DNA of 64,000 nt from Malacoraja senta. Taxonomy: Eukaryota. The DNA is taken from assembly GCA_038087875.1 (NCBI GenBank), contig JAXLNO010000230.1, forward strand, positions 186,001 to 250,000. The letters are read 5' to 3'. The position numbers and the translations under genes were made by a program. Below the pieces are notes generated by a model, which was given only the letters and a program-made list of their open reading frames with translations, did no database searches and was not told the origin of the DNA. Every line of letters starts with the position of its first letter. The first letter of the stretch is position 1. Positions 51,503-62,568 of the stretch are shown here, in pieces.

Positions 51503-53415
51503 GTAAATTATTATCTAATCTGAAATGAATTATGCTAATGATTCACAACAGTTTTCAGAGTTTAAAATCTTTTCCCAGGTGTTTGCAGTTCACAATTTGT
51601 GAACTTTTAGTCTAAAGAAGGGTCCCAACCCAAAATGTCACCTGTCCATTCCCTTCCCAGATGCTGCCTGGTCAGCTGAATTCCTCCAGCACTTTGTGTT
51701 TTGCTTGAGACTAGCACCTGTAGTTTCTTGTGTCTCCTCACCATCTTGGTGGATTTGGAAGCCATAAATATAAGATAGTCACTAACAGAACCAATGGGAA
51801 AATTAAGATAAGCATATGAAGGAGAAAGGTATATTTATTTTGGCTTGGGCAAAGAAGAGTAGGAAATATCAGGTGGAACACATCTGTGGCGTATTTGAGT
51901 TGAACTTCTTTCTGAGATGTAGATACAAAATTGAATTGTGTATCACCTAGCATACACTGCAACCGTGGCATATTTAATCCCTTAAATCATTGTGTTTGTG
52001 AAAGAAACAGATAAAGAGAAACTGACTGTCATATGTATAACAGATTAAGTTGTTTAAGGAATTCATTGGAATTTATAAAATGACTAATTCCGGATATTCT
52101 TTAACTCATCAAGAGAAAATAATACAATCTAAAATAATAAAATTATAAAATAATAACTAGTTTTCAAATGTATTATTCCCTGTAGCATAAAGCTGACCAA
52201 GCTAGACCTCAAATCTAACAGAATATTTCAAAGAATTTCAGATGAAGGGTTCCATCTGAAACAAGAAATTTCTCTTGATATTCTGACCAATCTGTTTTCC
52301 ATTCTCACTGTTTCTTCACATATTCAGTAATAAGATCTATATGAAGTAAAATAATTAACCTTAACCTGCAACCTGTTTTCTTCAGCCTTTGAGTCAGGGT
52401 GAATTATTGACCTATGAAATTGCTGACACACTTCATGAAATCATGAGGTTACAGTAAAGAACGGGGAATGAAATTGCATTGTACCTAATGCAAGTAATAA
52501 GGTTGGTAAATTGCCAGCATATTGCCAAAAGTTGTTATCATTGTTTTGGTATTAACAGAGACATGCCTCGGTTAAAATCAAGCTCTTAATATTCAAGGTT
52601 ACCAAGTTGTGCAGAATGATAGAGAAGGTAAAAAAGAGGAGTGGCTACAGCATTCTCGATGCAATTATGTTAGTTTTAAACTGTTGTTAGGTGTTTTTTA
52701 TAGGGCTCTAAGCTGTACAAAGGAAATGGATGAGAACATGTATTTTAAAGATTTGTTGCAAAAGTAGGAGAATAAGATTAAGAGACTTCCATTCTTAATT
52801 ATAGACTGGGGGAAGAAAAAAAAGGCTTGCTAGTGGTAACAAAGAAGATGGATTTCTGATGTGGATGCAGGAGAATTTTCTCAATTATTACACTTTCAGT
52901 CCAATGAGAAACCAGAAGGGTTAAATCAGGTGGGAGAAAAAGCAATGTAGCAAAAGCAGTTTAGAGCTATTTGGCACAGAAACAGGACTTTTGACCCACT
53001 GTGTGCATGTTTAGAATTTAAAAAAAGAATCAAAATCAGATAGATTCTCACTGTTTCTTCACAGATTTTCTGTTACGACAGACAATAAAGTTTTCTGAAT
53101 CTGAATCTGAATAGATTATAGTGATGAAAAAGGCCAAAACATATCAAAGGTAATGACTTTGAAATGGTGTAACAAAGCAATTGATAGCATCGTGAGAAGC
53201 AGTAATGCAGGTTCAAACTAGGAATGTTTCTTTCAAGAGAAAAGTTGTCATCTAACACAAATGCATGCTAGTTGGAAAAAGATGCATATTGAATCTATGT
53301 ATCAGTGAAATTGTGTGTAGGGACAACAGGTGTGTTTTGCAACTTCATAGAAGAAATGGAGACACAAGGAACGGCAGATGCTGTTGTACAAAAAAGACAC
53401 AAAGTCATGGGGTAA

Positions 53416-55178
53416 AGCCCCTGTCCTACTTTCACAACCTAATTCACGACCTCTGCCGAGTTTGCCCTTGACATACTCGCAGCATGGTCGCCACGAGGTC
53501 GTAGGAGGTCGTAGTAGGTCGTGATGCTAGTCGTAGGTACTCGTGGCATCAAGTAGGTCACGGCGTCTTTTCTAGCCTGATAAAAAATAGCCACGAGTAA
53601 AAAAAAGTCGGCATGGAAAAAATCAATACTTTTTACTCGTAGGTAGGTCGTAGTAGGTCAAGATACAAGATACATTTATTTGTCACATGTACCAATTGGT
53701 ACAGTGAAATGTGTGGTAGCCATACGAATAATAAAGAGCACATAACACGATAGTCTTAACACAGACATCTCCACACAGCGGGATCAATGTTTCCCACTGT
53801 GAGGGAAGGCTCCAAAATTCATTCATCCTCCTCTGTTGTCCTCCCGTGGTTGGGGGGCTGCCAAACCCCTCGCAGTCGCCGCTATGGGCGGCCCGATGTT
53901 CAGGCCCGCTAGCCGGGTTGATGGAAGTCCGACGTCGGGACTGGAGGATATCCTCAGTGGCTTGGACATCTGAATCGGCCACCTCCCGAAGTCCACAGGC
54001 CGCGCTGGGCAGAGATTCAACGCTGGCGGCCCTCGGCAAAGGGTCCCTGGACTCCGCGATGTTGAAGTCAGCGCCGGCCGCGCTGGAAGCTCTGCAAACC
54101 ACAGCTCCGATGTTGAAGCAGCAGGCCCAACACTCCGGTCGTGATGCTAGTCGTAGGTAGTCGTAGGTGGTCGGAGGCAGTCGAAGATAATAGCTCCAGG
54201 GTGAAAAAAATGTCAGTAGAAAAAAAAGGTTATTTAAACAGCAGAACGTCACCTCTGTCACTCCAAGGCATGTTCATTCATAGCTGGATAGTTTTTTGGA
54301 GAGGAGACTTGTGTTTTAGAGATGGCACCAAAAAGGCAGCAGTGCAGGGGGAGGGCACAACCCTAAAAAAAACCGGCCATGCAGGTGTTGCACACCCAAG
54401 AGGAGGAGTGGCAGGATGTGATGCCACAGGAGGTGATACTGCTGGAGGAGGTAGCCCTGCATGAGAGACCCCTGGAGGAGGAGACCAAGGTGGTAGTATA
54501 TGTCCCCACCACCACCCCATCCTTCACTGCTTCATTTGAAGGCAGCAAAGCAGCTCTTTCTCCTGTGTCTGACACAGCATCATAGGCACATGCCCCATTG
54601 GTGGTGAGGGAGGGCTGGAGGAAGGTTATGCCCTACACCTTCACCAGGCAGCAGGAGGGGGACCTTGAGGAATGGTTCCAGCAGAATGCCATCCTGTACG
54701 AAAAGGAAAATGAGGGGTACAGGGACAGGGACAAGAATGGCATGCTTGCCATCCACTGCCAAGCCCCACATGTTTGCTTAAAGTTCCATCTTTTGTCCTA
54801 GCCCAGCGCCACTCTCTTCCAGTCATCTGATGTATTGGCACAGTCCATCACATAATTTCCATTCACCCATTGAGACCTCTTCTCGTGCTTCCTCTTCACC
54901 CTTGCTCTTCCCCTTCTGCCTTTCTTAAAAGGCTGCTGAAGCAAAAGGGCTACTGCAAACAGCAGTAAAACGTACATGGTCGAAGCCAGTCTTCAACATA
55001 GTCGAAGGAGGTCTTCTTCATAGTCGTGGGAGGTCTTCAACATAGTCATAGGAGGTTGTACACATAGTCGTGGAAGGTCGTAGGAGGTCGTAGGTTTGAC
55101 CGCGACCTTGATTTTTCCTTAGGTCATTTAAGGTCGTCAGACGTCGCGATTTAGGTCGTGAAAGTGGGACCGGGGCTA
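53416..55178. mobile_element. Internally deleted PIF/Harbinger transposon with a MADF/Myb-SANT-like remnant
   Basis: TIR AGCCCCTGTCCTACTTTCACAACCTA / TAGGTCGTGAAAGTGGGACCGGGGCT; TAA on both sides; subterminal GTCGTAGG-type repeats. FTRQQEGDLEEWFQQNAILYEKENEGYRDRDK resembles a MADF N-terminus. Confidence 0.78.
53660..54137 (-). mobile_element. GC-rich non-autonomous retroelement with Rex1-like tail, nested in the Harbinger element
   Basis: (CAAGATA)n tail and TTTATTTGTCACATG; shares GCCTTCC(C/A)TCACAGTG with 60600-61378. Confidence 0.6.
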
Positions 55179-56528
55179 TAAGTCAGCGAGTCAGGTACTT
55201 AGGTAGAGTACAGGGAAGTAATGGATAGACCATTAATATAGTCAAAGAGTTATGCTGCACGGACTTCCAGCCCAACCTGTCCACACTGACCAGGTTTTAC
55301 AATTGTAATATGACTTCCCAAATCCTGTATTCAATGCCCTTGAGATGAATGATATGCCAAAGCAGCTGAATAATGAAAGGACTAGATAGAGCGAATCTGG
55401 AGAGGATGTTTTCGCTCGTGGGAGAGTCTAGGACCAGAGGGCACAGCTTCAGAATAAAAGATATACCTTTAAAAAGGAGATGAGGAGGAGTTTCTATCGC
55501 CAGAGGATGGTGAACCTGTAGAATTCATTGCCGCTGATGGCTGTGGAGGTCAAGTCTTTGGGTATGCTTAATATGGAGATTGATAGGTTCTTGATTAGTA
55601 AGGATGTCAAAGGTTAGAGGAAATGGCAGGGGAATGGGAGTGAGGGGGAAAGATAAATCAGCCATGATTGAATGGCAGAGTAGACTCAATAGGCTGAATG
55701 GCCTAATTCTGCTCCTTTGTCTTATGAACGTGAACAAATGCCTTCTTCACCACCTTGCCACTTTCACGGAACTGTGTACTTGTACCTCTTGGTCATTCTG
55801 CTTTACAACATTCTCCACAGCCCTACCATTTACTTGCCTGTGTGTTTCCAATTTTAGGGAGCTGTGGACCTGGATGCAAATATCCTTCTGTACATCATTG
55901 CTGTTAAGGATCTTTTAACCATATACTTTTTCCTTGCATTCAGGAAGGAATATGAATACTTTATTGTCACATGTGACTAGGCACCGTGAAATTCTTAGCT
56001 TGCATACACAATGTATACAAATAGCAGCCACCTATGGCGCTGACAAAGTTACAAAGCGCGCTGGCTCCCCCTTTTTGCTCTCCCCGCCCCCCCCCCCCCT
56101 CCAACAGTTCCCCCCGCTTTGCCCGACCTGGGCTACTACCCGTGAGGCCCTGACCCGGGCTTCTACACAGCGATCCAGGAGGCATCGAGACTGCAGCGCC
56201 TCGATAAAGGCCTCCGGTCATGTTCCCAGTCCACAGCCGCGTGTCCTGTCGGGAATCCTGCTTATTAAATAAGTTTGTCAAACATGATTTCTCACTCATA
56301 AAAGCATGGTGACTGCTTAATCAAATGATTTTCTCAGTATCCTATCGACACAGTTTTTAACAATGGGCTTCAGCACTTTTCTCATATTAAATGTTAGGCT
56401 AATTGAGTTACATTCTTCATTTTCTCACTCCTTCACAGTAAATAAAGTGTACAATTTTGGAGTAAACATTTTTAAAATTGGTTTGAAAGAGGTGTTGGAG
56501 GAAAATGTCAAAACCTCACTGGAATTGT

Positions 56529-56671
56529 AACTTTTTATGAGCCTGAGAACTAATTTTGTCAACAGTTTCCTTTCTTATCAAGTAATTTTCCAATCATGCA
56601 TAATGATTGGAAAATTACTTGATAAGAATGGAAGCTGTTGACAAAATTAGTTCTCAGGCTCATAAAAAGTT
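56529..56671. repeat. Near-perfect inverted repeat (69-bp arms, 5-nt loop)
   Basis: Arms 56529-56597 and 56603-56671 with 2 mismatches. Confidence 0.95.
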
Positions 56672-57362
56672 GTGGAAGATGATGCGTAAATAATTTAAAA
56701 GGGAGATGATCAACTTAAAGGGCAAGCTAATGGAGAAAAGGTCCAGGATGGTATGAAGCCTTGCTGATCTTTAAAATTCCAAGCCTTTGCTTATATAAAT
56801 AGGTGCTTGCTGGCCTGAACTTGTATCTGATTCTCTGAGCTGCAGTTACTTTATGGAGTCCAGGATTTATCCTGCTAGAAATAGGATCAATAAGTATCAC
56901 GTCTCAGCAAGTGAACTCAGTTACAATTTTTCCTTAACCTTGAAATTGCATGTTATTTACACCACAAACTACAATGATAAAGGCACAGAGATTATAATGT
57001 TACCTCTGGCACTTGATGAATATCGAGCCAGTAGTCCATCTCAAGAGTTTTAAGAAAAGGTGGAAAAAGAGGAAGTGAATTATGAAGGAAATATAAATTA
57101 GAGTCAAAGTAGTGTAGGAAATAGAGTGAAAGAAAAACACATGGGCAAGAGAGTCAGACATTTTAAAAGCAAAATGAAGCCATAACCCAGAGCAGAACAT
57201 TAAGTGCTGGAGGACAGCATCTAAGGAGGGAATGATATGCAATGTTTTCGCCTGGATCCTTCCTTAAGACTGATCTACAATCCTATCAGTATGAAGAAGG
57301 GTCCCGACTCAAAATTTAATCTATCCATTCCCTTTCCAGGAATTGCTTGACCCGTTGAGTAA

Positions 57363-57818
57363 AGGGCCTGTCCCACTTGCATGCGATTGCGTGCTTTTTG
57401 CGCGACCAACCGGAAGCGGAGTTCACGCGAAGTTCGCGCGTGACGTCATTTATGTCATGCTTACAAATCAGCTGGGCAGGAGGCGGGCCGACTGAATTTG
57501 GGCGTCGGGCGGTGACGTCATCACGCAACGCCACGCCGGGCGGTGATGTCATCACGCAACGCCATGCGCTAGGCGTCAAGACGCTGCATACGACTGCGAT
57601 GCGCCTGCGTGCGTACGCGGGCCGACAGGCCGTTGGCACGCGAAGATTTCAGTCACTGCAGGAATTGCGGAGCCCCGCGCGATGTCGGGACCAGCACCGC
57701 ACAACTCCGCGCTTCTAAGTGGGACCGGCCCCGCGCGGCCATACGGTGCCCGTACGCCTCAAGCGACCACGAAGTAGCGTAATTTGCGAGCCAAGGTCGC
57801 GTAAGTGGGACAGGCCCT
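57363..57818. mobile_element. PIF/Harbinger-type MITE, CpG-rich
   Basis: Perfect 16-bp TIR AGGGCCTGTCCCACTT / AAGTGGGACAGGCCCT; TAA TSD at 57360-57362 and 57819-57821. Confidence 0.92.
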
Positions 57819-58999
57819 TAACTCCAACACTTAGTGTTTTGTTAAAGATTCCTGAATCTGCAGTCACTTGTGTCTCCAAATATTATACGCCAATTGTGTT
57901 AATTTCTTTGTGGATTATTGCTTCACAATTTACCCATCACCAGTGTCAGGATGACTAACTGTTTTTGCTGAGTTAATCCCTCTATTTTAATCAGGCATTA
58001 CAAGAGCATCACAATTACAGTTGTCTTTTCAGTGGAGTATTAGAAGATTCGGGTAGTGAATTGGCAATTTTCACTTGTGCTTCCCTCTAACTCGATGCAC
58101 CCCACCTAGGCTGGCTGATTTTATTACTTTAAGAAACTGCTGCAAACATTTTAAGTATTTACATTTTTTAAAATCCTATCCATTCTCACCACTGCCTTCA
58201 ACTTTTCTGACACAGTAGCAGCATTCTCTTGTCTAGTGAAGCAGTTTCCAAATGCTCAGTCAACCATGTGAGTACCTCACCTTAACCATGCCCTCCACTC
58301 CCACAAGAATATTTCACTTTGTTTTTCATTGATCCTGTTCTTTATTTGACAGCCCATTTAGAATTAATGTGCTTATAAATGACTTTTAGGTTCCTTTTAC
58401 AACAGCTACGAATCAATTCACATAACTCTTTGTCTTTTGATTTCTTTTTGTCGATTGCCTCTGTACTTTGTCATCATCAGCTTGGTTTGCAACTGTATTG
58501 TGAACTGAAGTTGTTATATGTGTCCTTTTGTTGATATTCTAACTTTGCATTTTGCATTATTCTGTATCCAAACTCTCTCAGCTTTGAAGTCCCTTTTCCA
58601 TTAATATTTTGCCTATTGGTATTTTAGTACATTTTAATGAGTCAGATTACCTTTTAGCTAACAGAATGCTGCCCTTGTAGAAATACTGGTTCTGGTTAAC
58701 AAAATGTAGAAATACAGATGCTGGTTAACAAAAAAATATGCAAAATGCTGGAGTAACTCAGCTGGTTACTCCAGCAGTATCTATCGCGAACATGAATAGG
58801 TGATGTTTCAGGTCGGGACCCTTCATCAGACTGATTGTGTTAAGGGTGGGTGGAGAAAGAAGGCCAAAAGAAAGGACAGGACAAAGGGTGGCAAGTGATA
58901 GATGAATACAGATGAGGGAAGAGGGATGCAGGGGGGGAGGGGGAGTGGGGGTTGTTGTGTAATTACTTAAAATTCTTCAATGTTCATATTGTTGGGTTG

Positions 59000-60120
59000 T
59001 TGGGTTCATATTGATGTGGATAGAGAACTGGCTGGTAGATAGGAAGCAAAGAGTAGGAGTAAACGGGTCCTTTTCAGAATGGCAGGCAGTGACTAGTGGG
59101 GTACCGCAAGGCTCAGTGCTGGGACCCCAGCTATTTACAATATATATTAATGATTTGGACGAGGGAATTGAATGCAACATCTCCAAGTTTGCAGATAACA
59201 CGAAGCTGGGGGGCAGTGTTAGCTGTGAGGAGGGTGCTAGGAGGCTGCAATATGACATGGATAGGCTGGGTGAGTGGGCAAATGCATGGCAGATGCAGTA
59301 TAATGTGGATAAATGTGAGGTTATCCACTTTGGTGGCAAAAACAGGAAAGTAGACTATTACCTGAATGGTGGCCGATTAGGAAAAGGGGAGATGCAACGA
59401 GACCTGGGTGTCATGGTACACCAGTCATTGAAAGTAGGCATGCAGGTGCAGCAGGCAGTGAAGAAAGCGAATGGTATGTTAGTATTCATAGCAAAAGGAT
59501 TTGAGTATAGGAGCAGGGAGGTTCTACTGCAGTTGTACAGGGTCTTGGTGAGACCACACCTGGAGTATTGCGTACAGTTTTGGTCTCCTAATCTGAGGAA
59601 GGACATTCTTGCCATAGAGGGAGTACAGAGAAGGTTCACCAGACTGATTCCTGGGATGTCAGGACTTTCATATGAAGAAAGACTGGATAGACTTGGCTTG
59701 TACTCGCTAGAATTTAGAAGATTGAGGGGGGATCTTATAGAAACTTACAAAATTCTTAAGGGGTTGGACAGGCTAGATGCAGGAAGATTGTTCCCGATGT
59801 TGGGGAAGTCCAGAACAAGGGGTCACAGTTTAAGGATAAAGTGGAAATCTTTTAGGACTGAGATGAGAAAAACATTTTTTACACAGAGAGTGGTTAATCT
59901 CTGGAATTGTCTGCCACATAATGTAGTTGAGGCCAGTTCATTGGCTATATTTAAGAGTGAGTTAGATGTGACCCTTGTGGCTAAAGGGATCAGGGGGTAT
60001 GGAGAGAAAGCAGGTACAGGATATTGGGTTGGATGATCAGCCATGATCATATTGAATGACGGTGCAGGCTTGAAGGGCCGAATGGCCTACTCCTGCACCT
60101 ATTTTTCTATGTTTCTATGT
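59000..60120 (+). mobile_element. Young CR1 LINE 3' fragment
   Basis: 341-aa ORF open to the natural end (FADN variant); same subfamily as 29985-31700. Confidence 0.95.
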
Positions 60121-60599
60121 AAGCTACCCAAATGGAATATGAAGTGCTATTCCTCTAATTTGGGGCACATGGCAGGAGGGAGTTTGGTTAGTTACCTAAA
60201 ATGTAATATTACTGACACCTGCAGTGCCCTCCATAATGTTTGGGACAAAGACCCATCGTTTATTTATTTGCCTCTGTACTCCACAATTTGAGATCTGTAA
60301 TAGAAAAAATCACATGTGGTTAAAGTGCACATTGTCAGATTTTATTAAAGGCCATTTTTATACATTTTAGTTTCACCATGTAGAAATTACAGCTGTGTTT
60401 ATGCACAGTTCCCCCATTTCAGGGCACCATAATGTTTGGGACACATGTGTGTTTAATTGCCTCCTAAATGCAGGTATAAGCAAGCTCTCAGCACCTAGTC
60501 TTTCCTCCAGTCTTTCCATCACCTTTGGAAACTTTTATTGCTGGTTATCAACATGAAGACCAAAGTTGTGCCAATGAAAGTCAAATAAGCCATTATGAG

Positions 60600-61378
60600 T
60601 TGTGTATGTGTGGGGAGGGGGGTGGGGGGGGTGGGAGCAACGCGTTTTAGTCTCTTCCTTCGGGGGATGCGACTTTTCTTGTCGTATCCCCCGTCTCCTT
60701 CTCCGTCTGCGCTGAGGCCCTAATGTCGGAGCTGGCGGCCTCCAACTGCGACCGACCTCGAGGCTCCGGAGACAGAGCCAGCCAGGACTTACCAGCGCGA
60801 GGCTGTCCGACTTCGGGGCTGTTGCGGGTTCTGGCGTTCCGGCGGCGGCCCGACTCGGGGCTGAGGTGGTGTTCCGGCGGCGGCGACCCGACTCGGGGTT
60901 GTGGCTGCGTTCTGGCGGCGGCGACCCGACTTCGGAGGTTTGGCCGCGGGCCCAGTAGACGACAACGTCGGGAGCTCGCAGGTCACAGGTTGGTGACCTG
61001 TTTTTCCAGAGCTCCCGCGGCAACAGCTTCGTCCGCTGGACTGCAGGGCGGCAGCTTCGACCACCCCGGGCCGCGGAGATTGAACCGGCCCGTTCGCGGA
61101 GCACGATTGGGCCGCGGGACTTACTTACCATCACCCGGTGGGGGTCACAATATCGAAGGCCTGGATCGCCTTCGCGCAGAGGGAGAACAAGGAGGGAAGA
61201 GACAAAGACTTAAGATTTTTGCCTTCCATCACAGTGAGGAGGTGTCTGGTGAACTCACTGTGGTGGATGTTAAATTTGTGTTTATTGTGTGTTTTGTTAT
61301 TTTATTATATGTATGACTGCAAGGCAACGAAATTTCGTTCAGACCGAAAGGTCTGAATGACAATAAAGTTTCCATGAT
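60600..61378 (+). mobile_element. GC-rich non-autonomous retroelement with hairpin tail (Rex1-like 3' end)
   Basis: 3' TTCAGACC-GAAA-GGTCTGAA stem then TGACAATAAAG; TSD CCAT(T/G)ATGAG at 60590-60599 and 61379-61388. Confidence 0.7.
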
Positions 61379-62293
61379 CCATGATGAGACTGAGAAACAA
61401 GAATAAAACTGCTAGAGACATCAGCCAAACATTAGGCTTACCAAATCAACTGTTTGGAACATCATTAAGAAGAAAGAGAGCACTGGTGATCTTACTAATC
61501 GCAAAGGGAGTGGCAGGACAAGGAAGCCATGAAGTCAAACCATTTTTTAGCTTTGAAAAACTCCTTTGTTGCTTTGGCAGTATGCTTGGGATCATTGTCT
61601 TGCTGCTGACCAGTGGGTTTGAGGCATTTGTTTGAACTTGACTAGATAGGATGTGTCTATACACATCAGAATTCATTATGCTACTACCATCAGCAGTTGT
61701 ATCATCAATTAAGATAAGTGAGCCAGTTCCTTCAGCAGCCATACATGCCCAGGCCATAACACCCCCACCACAGTGTTTCACAGATTGGATGGTGTGCTTT
61801 GGATCTTGGGCAATTCTTTCTCTCGTCATACTTTGCCCTTGCCATCACTCTGATATTAGTTAATCTTTGTCTCATCTGTTCACAAAACCTTTTACCAGAA
61901 CTGTGGTTGCTCTTTTAAGTACTTCTTGGCAAACTGTAACCTGGCCATCCTATTTTTGCAGCTAACCAATGGTTTGCATCTTGCAGTGTAGCCTCTGTAT
62001 TTCTGTTCATGAAGTCTTCTGCTGACAGTGGTCATTGACAAATCCACACCTGATTCCTGAAGAGTGTTTCTGATCTGTCGAACAGGTGTTTGGGGATTTT
62101 TTCTTTATTATAGAGAGAATTCTTCTGTCATCAGCTGTGTAGGTCTTCCTTGGCCTGCCAATCCCTTTGCGATTAGTAAGCTCACCAGTGCTCTCTTTCT
62201 TCTTAATGATGTTCCAAACAGTTGATTTTGGTAAGCTCAAGGTTTGGCTGATGTCTCTAACAGTTTTATTCTTGTTTCTCAGTCTCATAATGG

Positions 62294-62433
62294 GGTGGAA
62301 GATTGCAACCTTCACGTGGTCTGCCCTGTTTCGACAAATGCAATCAACCTGGAGTGCACAATCAAATAAGATCAAATAGAACAAGTTGTCATACAACTTA
62401 AGGCTCTGCACGCCATACTCAAGAAGAAGAAGA
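62294..62433 (+). mobile_element. Short retroelement 3' end with (AAG)n tail
   Basis: 13-bp TSD AGTCTCAT(A/G)ATGG at 62281-62293 and 62434-62446. Confidence 0.75.
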
Positions 62434-62568
62434 AGTCTCATGATGGCTTCTTTGACTTTCATTGATGTAACTTTGGTCCTCATGTTGATAAACAGCAATA
62501 AAAGTTTCCAAAGGTGATGGAAAGACTGGAGGAAAGACTAGATGTTGAGAGCTCTCTTATATCTGCAC

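Larger units (their letters stand above)
60222..62568. mobile_element. Tc1-family (IR/DR type) derivative made of two inverted 5' halves
   Basis: Starts CAGTG; direct repeat CCATAATGTTTGGGACA at 60231 and 60427. The transposase N-terminus (RDISQTL.LPKSTVWNIIKK..GRPRK) occurs on both strands; VKHCGGGVMAWACM and DNDPKH remnants on the minus strand. Confidence 0.88.

Noticed and set aside
60535..61316. Overlapping 197-199 aa GC-rich ORFs and an apparent CpG island
   Set aside because: Contained within a TSD-flanked repeat insertion; stop-poor because of GC content.
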